Counted from the first letter of the stretch, positions 1-8,448 are shown. The stretch: 8,554 bases of DNA from Octopus sinensis (GCF_006345805.1 NW_021828404.1:1-8554), one strand, 5' to 3'. The notes: a model not told the origin generated them from the sequence alone. A program made the numbers and translations.

Positions 1-452
1 TGAATGTAACTTGGTTCATTGTTGCGAGACGATTTTAAAAGTATTTTCTTGTCCTAGTTAATACCGTAAATTTCTCTTCGTTTTGTTGTCTTTGCTGGTA
101 TTGTTATTCTCTTGGATTTCAGTTGTTATCCGATTCAACTCTGCAACGCGTAACATTTACGACCAGCTTTTTCTACTTATTTAGAGATATCACGCTAACA
201 CATACAAGCATGCATGCATACTTTACATACGTAGTTCATATACCAAGACTATAGATTTTCATTGTACCTATTATCATAGGTGCACTGTACTACGTAAAAA
301 CAAATCTGCATAAAATCTAAGAGATGCTGCGTTCTCCAAGTAATAACAAATCCAGCTAATTCGTATAAGTAGTACAGTAGAAAACATTCCAGGGAGCCAA
401 CGTTTGAAATACCTTCCCAGAACAGAGGCCCGTGGGAAAACTAAAAGAGTAC

Positions 453-507
453 TATAGTAACATGCATTTTAATATAGTAACATGCCTTTTAATATAGTAA
501 CATGCCT
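453..507. repeat. 20-bp minisatellite, ~2.75 copies (TATAGTAACATGC[A/C]TTTTAA)
   Basis: Seen directly: 453-472 tatagtaacatgcattttaa, 473-492 tatagtaacatgccttttaa, 493-507 tatagtaacatgcct. One mismatch between the full units. Confidence 0.95.
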
Positions 508-1559
508 ACGATCTATGTGAGTACAAATTTACTCACACATATATCCCTATATGCGCACACAATCAAGTTCACATATTCACAAATTACCAAGCGCTGTCTT
601 GACTTAAGCAAAAGAGCTTTGTCAGTTAGTTAGCGACCAGAATGAATTATGAGAGATGAAAAAAAAAAAATCCAAAATGCCAAAGAAACATATCTCCACA
701 TTATACCAGGTCGGAGGTGTTATAATTTTGTTGGTGTCGACTCAGGAAGAAAAACATATACACATTCATTTATATAGTTTTACAAAGACTCCTATTTTCT
801 TTTATATATTCTGAATGAAAATCAGCTGTGATGGGTACAGAAAGTAACAACGACATCTAGGTAGTGCCCCACCCCAAACCATCGGTTATGTTAATTTGAT
901 ACAGTCCAGGAAAATAAAAAAAAACACACCATAAATTGGAATAGGTCCAGAAAGAACCACATGCCTTGAGATAAATCTATAATGAAATATATATGAATTA
1001 TGTATACCACATCAGAATTATTTATAATAATAAATCATTCAAAAATTCTACCGAAATTCTTTTAGATATTGCTTGGTGCAAACGATAAAACCATTTTCAA
1101 GCAACTGCGCTCAAATCTCGTGGACTAAATCGTAGTTCAGTCACATGAATTATTTTGTTGTTGCTTTTGATATCGGTGTCACTGTACTGATGCAGCCCGA
1201 TTAATGGGAAAATGTAAAAGAAAAGAAATAGATTAATAAACATGGTAAGGAATTAGAGGCGTGTACTCTGAGGCAGGAGGACCATTATTATTCTTTATGA
1301 AGTCTGACATCTACAACCAGAAATCGGTATTTATGATTTTTTTAATACGTTTTCATTTCTTTCTTACTGTTCTTACCCGAATATGTTTTGTTAGAAATTC
1401 AAAGTTTCAAGAATCAGATATGGAAGTGGTATTTGGAAGACGGAGTCACGGTTTTTAAGATCTCTAAAAAGTGTCATTATTTAAAGAATTTATAGAATTA
1501 AAAAGAATATGCGCACGATGCACACATCTATCCATATCTACTTCTTCCATTCCATCCTC

Positions 1560-1578
1560 ACTGACTGACTGACTGACT

Positions 1579-1634
<56 letters not shown>

Positions 1635-1838
1635 GACTGACTGACTGACTCTGACTGACTGACTGACTAACGGACTGACTGACTGACTGACTGACTGACG
1701 GACTGACTGACTGACTCTGACTGACTGACTGACTGACTGACTGACTGAGTGACTGACGGACTGACTGACTGACTCTGACTGACTGACTGACTGACTGACT
1801 GACTGACGGACTGACTGACTGACTCTGACTGACTGACT

Positions 1839-1894
<56 letters not shown>

Positions 1895-1912
1895 CTGACT
1901 GACTGACTGACT

Positions 1913-1943
<31 letters not shown>

Positions 1944-2060
1944 GGACTGACTGACTGACTCTGACTGACTGACTGACTAACGGACTGACTGACTGACTGA
2001 CTGACGGACTGACTGACTGACTCTGACTGACTGACTAACGGACTGACTGACTGACTGACT

Positions 2061-2092
<32 letters not shown>

Positions 2093-2110
2093 CTGACTGA
2101 CTGACTGACT

Positions 2111-2174
<64 letters not shown>

Positions 2175-2318
2175 CTGACTGACTGACTGACTGACGGACT
2201 GACTGACTGACTCTGACTGACTAACTGACTGACTGACTGACTGAGTGACTGACTGACTGACGGACTGACTGACTGACTCTGACTGACTAACTGACTGACT
2301 GACTGACTCTGACTGACT

Positions 2319-2349
<31 letters not shown>

Positions 2350-2624
2350 GGACTGACTGACTGACTCTGACTGACTAACTGACTGACTGACTAACTGACT
2401 AACTGACTGACTGACTAACTGACTGACTGACTGACTGACTAACTGACTAACTGACTGACTGACTAACTGACTGACTGACTGACTGACTAACTGACTAACT
2501 GACTGACTGACTAACTGACTGACTGACTGACTGACTGACTGACTGACTGACTAACTGACTGACTAACTGACTGACTAACTGACTGACTGACTGACTAACT
2601 GACTGACTGACTGACTGACTAACT

Positions 2625-2708
<84 letters not shown>

Positions 2709-2740
2709 GACTAACTGACTGACTGACTGACTGACTGACT

Positions 2741-2772
<32 letters not shown>

Positions 2773-2860
2773 GACTGACTGACTGACTAACTGACTGACT
2801 GACTAACTGACTGACTAACTGACTGACTCACTGACTAACTGACTGACTGACTAACTGACT

Positions 2861-2891
<31 letters not shown>

Positions 2892-2937
2892 GGACTGACT
2901 GACTGACTCTGACTGACTGACTCACTCACTCACTCAC
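1560..2937. repeat. Long interrupted tetranucleotide array (GACT)n/(AGTC)n, ending in a short (CACT)n tail
   Basis: ~1.38 kb of GACT units with variant units GACG, AACT, AACG, GACA, GAGT and 2-bp (GA) deletions. Switches to CACT at about 2923-2937. Confidence 0.99.
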
Positions 2938-2986
2938 AGATATTCTTGTAATCTCAAGATGGCATGAAAATATTACAGGGACTTAC

Positions 2987-3031
2987 ACTGTTACCAGAGT
3001 AACTATGCTACCTTTAATTGAAGGAAAATAC
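2987..3031 (-). other. Candidate 45-nt frame-preserving micro-exon; only open frame reads (x)YFPSIKGSIVTLVT(V)
   Basis: Minus strand: TACTAAT branch-like motif (3050-3044), acceptor TTGCAG ending at 3032, donor GTAAGT at 2986-2981. Length is a multiple of 3 and one of three frames is stop-free. Weak polypyrimidine tract; no transcript or homology evidence. Confidence 0.25.
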
Positions 3032-3238
3032 CTGCAATTTTGCATTAGTAACATTCAACAAGCGTCACAAATTCTAAAATGTGTATTTTGACTGTGGTTA
3101 TTATAGTCATCCTATGTTATTATTTTTCCCATTCTAGTGGGATTTAACAAACACGACTTCTAAGATAAGTTTGGTATCAAGAGATAAGATTATAGACTAA
3201 AACAAACACGCACATATAGTATGTGCATTGTTAAGCAC

Positions 3239-3300
3239 ATTATATATGTGTGTGTGTATTTTGTGTGTATGTGTGTATACACACATAAACGCATGTGTAT
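3239..3300. repeat. Degenerate (TG)n/(TA)n/(CA)n dinucleotide tract
   Basis: tatatatgtgtgtgtgtattttgtgtgtatgtgtgtatacacacata... seen directly. Confidence 0.8.
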
Positions 3301-3309
3301 AACAGTTAA

Positions 3310-3315
3310 TATCTA

Positions 3316-3373
<58 letters not shown>

Positions 3374-3374
3374 C

Positions 3375-3416
<42 letters not shown>
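3310..3416. repeat. (CTAT)n / (GATA)n tetranucleotide microsatellite
   Basis: About 25 near-perfect CTAT units with one CTAC interruption near 3374. Confidence 0.99.
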
Positions 3417-3600
3417 GACTAGCAGGATGAAGCGGTTGACCTCCCTGTTCGAAAGTCTATAATGGACGCAGATTGTGTGTCAAATAGCTAGCTTGAGGCG
3501 GTGGCCTCTTGGAGCTAATCATCGACAGCTTTAGTCTTATATTTATAAGATGCCATATTAGTATGGCGATAACTATTTAATTTCCAGTAACGCTGCCGTA
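3415..3600. mobile_element. Probable interspersed repeat fragment (GC-richer, multi-hairpin island) between microsatellites; family unassigned
   Basis: Abrupt rise in GC content and complexity right at the end of the (CTAT)n tract, several short hairpins, and an (AT)n tract just beyond the other side. Repeat status is inference plus vague recollection of octopus repeats; not verified. Confidence 0.35.
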
Positions 3601-3638
3601 ATCTCTTTTAGAGAGACTTAGTAATTTTAATTTTCTAT

Positions 3639-3681
<43 letters not shown>

Positions 3682-3713
3682 CTATTACACACACACACAC
3701 ACATATATATATA
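3639..3713. repeat. Compound (AT)n - (CA)n - (AT)n microsatellite
   Basis: (AT)n ~3645-3678, (CA)n ~3687-3702, (AT)n ~3703-3713. Confidence 0.97.
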
Positions 3714-4278
3714 ATTAAATTTGATCTACTTTTGTGTTAATATACTGTTGAAGAGAAATTACCGATGATTGGACAAAGTTCTTTTACTGGAGATGGCAAA
3801 ATATTTTCTTTGTCTTTATGAATTGCCTTCAAAGCAAAGTAAAAAAAATGTCCCCCATCTTCCATGTTCTCGAAAAAGTGTTTCATCTGAAACGTTGAAA
3901 ACTCTATCTCAACAGCATACGGATAAAAAAAATCTTTAAACTTTGTTAACAAAGACGGGGTTTTGCTAGTGCAATCCACCACTAGTTACGAGAATCTCAT
4001 TTTTATGAGATGCACTTTATGGTATACTTCAAAGCATGTACATAAACAGGAATGTATGAATATGTTTATAGATCAACATGAGTATAATTATAGATTTAAA
4101 TGTACGCTAATAATTATAGATTATTGGTAGGTTTATTTTCTGATTTAGTTCTTTCTTTCTGTAAAGAAAAAAAAAATAGAATCAAATTTCATGAAATGTA
4201 TGTCCTGTATATATGTTTGGCTTAATGAACCTTAGATTTATTCAAAACCGTCAACGAAGTGGTTGAACTGATGACACG

Positions 4279-4334
<56 letters not shown>

Positions 4335-4359
4335 TAAATAATAATAATGATGATAATAC

Positions 4360-4421
<62 letters not shown>

Positions 4422-4471
4422 TAATAATAATATTGATAATAATAATATATAATATAATAATAATAATAATA

Positions 4472-4506
<35 letters not shown>

Positions 4507-4548
4507 TAATAATAAAATAATAATAATAATAATAACAATAATAATAAA
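4279..4548. repeat. (AAT)n trinucleotide microsatellite, interrupted
   Basis: ~270 bp of AAT units with GAT, AAC and AT interruptions. Explains ORFs 4238-4561 and 4251-4538. Confidence 0.99.
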
Positions 4549-4662
4549 ACCTGAACTTCAATGTTTGGTTAAATAGCGAGAGAAAGTTATCTGAGTATGT
4601 AAATCAATCATGGAATTAGTTTTATTTTCAATACGATTAGTATTATTGATTTTTTTTTTTTG

Positions 4663-4838
4663 ATAGGCATAAATCCAATATTTTGTAAAGGGGAATTATA
4701 CTCGATTGAATTTGCCTCCAACTTGAACTCACTTATCGATCCGGAAGCAATAATCGACAATGTCGCCATTGGCAGGGTTCAAAAAGTAAAAACATCGTGA
4801 GGTACTGCGTAAGTTTGGAGCGAATTATCAACTGTTAC
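4663..4838 (-). mobile_element. Highly decayed tRNA-derived SINE-like fragment (resembles an abundant octopus SINE)
   Basis: Collinear blocks on +: ataggcat..attttg..gggg..tcgatt..ttatcgatccggaag..caatgtcgccattggcagg..taag. These match in order my recollection of the reverse complement of an octopus SINE (ataggcac..attttggggg..gtcgatt..ttatcgaccccgaaagg..caaagtcgacctcggcgg..taagc). From memory, low identity, needs Dfam/RepeatMasker. Confidence 0.45.
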
Positions 4839-5020
4839 GACCATTGTTTTCCTCCTCTAAAGATCGATAATATTGATTTTGTAGTTCGGAAAGGAGTCCA
4901 AATTTTAATGAAACGCATAATAATCAATTGTATCGATATGTTTGCAGTATACTTTACGGAGTCCAAGTAATAAATATAAAAGCATGGTTAAAATGATCAA
5001 TGGTTGGATTAGAACATGCT

Positions 5021-5097
5021 ATTGTTGTTTTGTTCCAGTTTAGCCACGTTCCATCAGATTTCTGAAGTGATTCTAGCCACAACCATGCTGTCTTTCC
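5021..5097. mobile_element. Possible decayed short interspersed repeat fragment
   Basis: ttgttgttt..ccag.t.agcc..attctagcca..accat..tgtcttt resembles, from memory, a short octopus repeat (ttgttgttt..ccaggtcagcc..attccagccatgaccatcccgtcttt). Unverified. Confidence 0.3.
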
Positions 5098-5348
5098 AGA
5101 CATAATTAGTTTAGAGTCATTATTCAATATGGTCCCGTAACATTTACTTTTAATTATGTACATCTATACTCACATTCATGTTCATATATGAAATGATAAA
5201 TATGGCCACTCTTTCTGGCTATAGTCGATCATATAATGTTCTTGTATTAATTAATGGATTTGAACTTAGTAGGCAGTTAATTTGCTCATGTATTTGAAAA
5301 GAGGAAATAAGCTAACATTACCAAGGATCTAGTTTGGTGATCTACTCT

Positions 5349-5381
5349 CACAACCAGCTAAGCCTTACTTAGCTGGTTGTG
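5349..5381. other. Perfect 14-bp inverted repeat with 5-nt loop
   Basis: CACAACCAGCTAAG (5349-5362), loop CCTTA, CTTAGCTGGTTGTG (5368-5381). The arms are exact reverse complements. Confidence 0.95.
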
Positions 5382-5982
5382 CATTGATTTCTAACAAATC
5401 AATAGTATATATTTATAGCAGAGGCACAGTACCTCATAGATCATCGAGAGCATCATTGTCCTGATTTCTGTTTCTATAGAATAGACAAAACTTTAACATC
5501 ATTTTCTGTATATAAATGTGGGACTTTCCCGAAATACTTTTTTTATAATGTAACGTTTCTATCGATTCTGAACATATAGAAATCAAAAATGATACTGATG
5601 GCATGTGAATTAAGACGAATGAAATGCGAGCTACTTACACCCTCTATTTTTGTGTTTTTTTAATTTTTATTTATATCCAAATTCACCGCATTTAGTAACA
5701 AAATATTAGTAAAGGCTTAGCATATTTCTTTGTAACACTAAATTCAAATAAAAGTTTCTATTTTGGAAAGGTAGAGGGGGCCCCAATGCAATATTCATAA
5801 AGCAGCATTTCAATGTTTTAAAAAAAAATAAGGCAACCATGACAGTCTCCATGTTACTAAGGAAATAAGTTTCCAATCAAAGAAGTAACAGCAGATTAAA
5901 TTAACATTGACATTTTTAATTTGAAAAATAACTGAGTGAAGCGTTGTTTATGATGTTGAAGGCAGCGATGTGACTCTCATTC

Positions 5983-5998
5983 TGTGTATGTATGTATG

Positions 5999-6079
<81 letters not shown>

Positions 6080-6096
6080 TGTGTCTGTGTCTGTGT
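5983..6096. repeat. (GT)n microsatellite with (GTAT)n left edge and (CTGTGT)n right edge
   Basis: Seen directly. Explains ORFs 5977-6225 and 5984-6214. Confidence 0.99.
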
Positions 6097-7003
6097 AAGA
6101 AGACGATTCACGCATGGCATAGGCTTGTATTTAAGCGCTAATGAACAGAAGAGAATTCTCATAATTAATTTTTTTAGTGAATGTAGCTTCAGACATGAAA
6201 GTCTTGGCAAATGAGGCAGTGTCACATTTTGGTAAAAAAAATGACGGAATTAGTGCCGATACAACCATCACTGAGATGTCTTTTTATTAGTGTCAGAGGA
6301 AATATAAAAAAAAACAAAAAAAAAAAAACGTGAAAATGTTTCAATTAAAACGATGTTGGATGAATTAGTGTTTTCATATTATTCACTGTGAGCGAGGCAG
6401 CATAGGGAAATTATTATGATCGGTGTCTCGCATTTCTTTGCACCCAGTGGGCAGTTTAGATGTATTTGATAATGGACGTTCGACGTGACAGTTCTGTACT
6501 TAAATGATCAGCCGGCGCTATGCTATGTCTCTCATAAAATAAGAGTAATTCTTTGTACTTTTGTTCGCTTAAACACACACGAGGAAGATTAGTGCTGTTC
6601 CAGTTGTTATTGTTGTCATTGATAGAAAAGATCGATTCTCAAAGGTATTCTGTCCATGATCATTGCATCTTTTTTTTTCTCCTGATCAGATTAGGACTGC
6701 ATTATCAATATGCACAACATATTATGCAATACAGTCTTTCAGGAGATTTGTCTGTTATTTCTCGTAGGGACTACTTCATTAACCAATAATAATTTGTAGT
6801 CTTGATTTTTTTAAAAAAATGGATACAGGTTGTAATTTCTTGAGAAGCGATTGAAATCCAAACAATGTAAGTATGACGGGGAGGCTCGATAACTTAAAAA
6901 TCTAAGCGTTACCAGCTTCGATGAACATAAAACTAAATGATATTCAGGAGGTTCTACATCAACGGATCTTTACTGTGATAAGGCTAAATTCCTATTCAAG
7001 ACA

Positions 7004-7507
7004 ATATATTTATACACACACACACACACACATATATATGTATGTATACATATATATATATATGTACAAATATACATACATTCATGCAAATATGTACATA
7101 CATACATATATATATATAAATATATATGCACACACATATATATGTATATATATACACACATATATATGTATATATATACACATATATATATATATATATG
7201 TACAAATATACATTCATGCATATATACTTACATATATACATACATATATATAAATATATAAACATATACATACATATATATACATTATACCCATACATAT
7301 ATACATACGTATATATGTACTTATACATATATATACAATATATATATATATATATATACTTATATACATACATATACATGTATACATATATACATATACA
7401 TAACATATATACATATATACATATATACTACCATACATACATACATACATACCATACATACATTATATATATATAAGATATATATATATATAAATATATA
7501 TCTATAT

Positions 7508-7544
<37 letters not shown>

Positions 7545-7549
7545 CATAC
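7004..7549. repeat. Compound (AT)n/(CA)n/(ATAC)n low-complexity array with internal duplications
   Basis: ~545 bp of alternating purine-pyrimidine sequence, including two exact 24-bp copies at 7131-7154 and 7155-7178. Explains the five overlapping ORFs at 6921-7476. Confidence 0.98.
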
Positions 7550-7614
7550 GCACGTGAATAACTGAAAAACGGCGATTTAGTCAGAGTTACATGTATTTAA
7601 TGAATGTAGACTTA

Positions 7615-7693
7615 GAGCGCCACATTACTTCAAGTTTCGTTGGTGTAGGACACCTCTATCTTACGCAAAACTTTAAGTAATGTGGAACCGCTT
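7615..7693. other. Extended imperfect hairpin (~25 bp of pairing), pre-miRNA-sized; function unknown
   Basis: CCACATTACTT (7620-7630) pairs with AAGTAATGTGG (7675-7685); AAGTTT (7632-7637) with AAACTT (7668-7673); CGT (7638-7640) with ACG (7663-7665); GAGCG (7615-7619) with CGCTT (7689-7693). Confidence refers to the structure, not to it being a miRNA. Confidence 0.8.
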
Positions 7694-8156
7694 CAAACAC
7701 TTATCAAAAACTTCCTTAAGTTTCCTTGCGTAAAAGCTAAAACTTCAAAGTCCTATCAATCATCACCACAAGACGAACTTGTCAAGAACCTAAACATTAT
7801 AGAAAATGATCAGCAGCGTAGTTCTAGACTGTATAAAAATGAAAAAAATAATCTCTCTAAATAACAAACATACTACATAACATAACACTGTTATCTAGCA
7901 ATTTCCTTGAACATTTTTATTAGTTTCTTAGTGGATTTTTCGCTTCTTTATGCGTACTGAAACTATTTGTGTTTGTTTTCTCTCTTCAGATAAATGGATA
8001 AGAAAAACTCATAGCTAAAGTGTCTTCGTAGAATCATATCTATTCTCTATAGAAAGCCTCTATTCAACGTGTTTACTGATAGTTATTGAACTCTTTTACT
8101 GCCGTTTGGTTGATAAGAAAGAACGTAATAATACAAAATTGTAGCAGCAAAGTAAG

Positions 8157-8252
8157 CAGAAAGTAAAAAAAAAAAAGAAAGAAAGAAAGAAAGAAAGAAG
8201 AAAAAAGAAAAAGAAAAAGAAAAAGACAGAAAAGAAACGGAAAGAAAAAAAA
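8157..8252. repeat. A-rich polypurine tract: poly-A, (AAAG)n, (AAAAAG)n
   Basis: Seen directly. Gives the F/L/S-rich part of ORF 8073-8462 on the minus strand. Confidence 0.93.
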
Positions 8253-8336
8253 TGAGATGAAAACAGGAGTGAGAATCAGAAAAAAAAAATGTGGAGAAAT
8301 AATATATATATATACTTCGTTTTTGGACTTGGTTTG

Positions 8337-8343
8337 TATATAA

Positions 8344-8389
<46 letters not shown>

Positions 8390-8408
8390 TATATATATAT
8401 ATAATATG

Positions 8409-8448
<40 letters not shown>

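Noticed and set aside
270-440. Minus-strand stretch with two long open frames after a TTTTAG acceptor (FSHGPLFWEG... and ...SVLGRYFKRWLP..., faintly like SLC16 transporters)
   Set aside because: The similarity is a few residues only, no clear donor defines an exon, and neither frame matches the phase of the 45-nt candidate exon.
1560-2937. GACT array as a CRISPR array, telomere or coding repeat (SQSV on the minus strand)
   Set aside because: No unique spacers or cas genes, not a known telomeric unit, and flanked by unique DNA on both sides. It has no start codon, frequent 2-bp frameshifts, and AGTT variants that create TAG stops.
3268-3287. 20-bp perfect palindrome TATGTGTGTATACACACATA
   Set aside because: Arises trivially where (TG)n meets (CA)n in low-complexity sequence.
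3737-3982. 81-aa minus-strand ORF, and likewise ORFs 1261-1458, 6553-6789 and 7682-7864
   Set aside because: Short, non-ATG starts, no recognisable domain; lengths expected by chance.
3994-4011. 7-bp hairpin ATCTCAT-TTTT-ATGAGAT and similar short palindromes (4186-4197, 6151-6160)
   Set aside because: Short AT-rich stems are expected by chance at this base composition.
4954-5163. ORF containing AWLWLESLQKSDGTW, resembling the QW repeat of oxidosqualene/squalene-hopene cyclases or the WL..Q..DG motif of thioester proteins
   Set aside because: The resemblance covers only ~15 residues, I saw no convincing flanking splice sites, and the same bases appear to be the antisense reading of a decayed repeat (5021-5097). 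A BLASTP/Pfam search would settle it.
5969-6226. Imperfect inverted repeat (ATGTGACTCTCATT versus AATGAGGCAGTGTCACAT) flanking the (GT)n tract, suggesting a MITE
   Set aside because: Needs a 4-nt gap, has only 7 contiguous matches, and no target-site duplication is visible.
7628-7666. Minus-strand GGTG/CACC stem followed by CGAAAC, a possible second hammerhead remnant
   Set aside because: No CTGANGA box upstream (it reads AAGATAGA); better explained as the apex of the larger hairpin.
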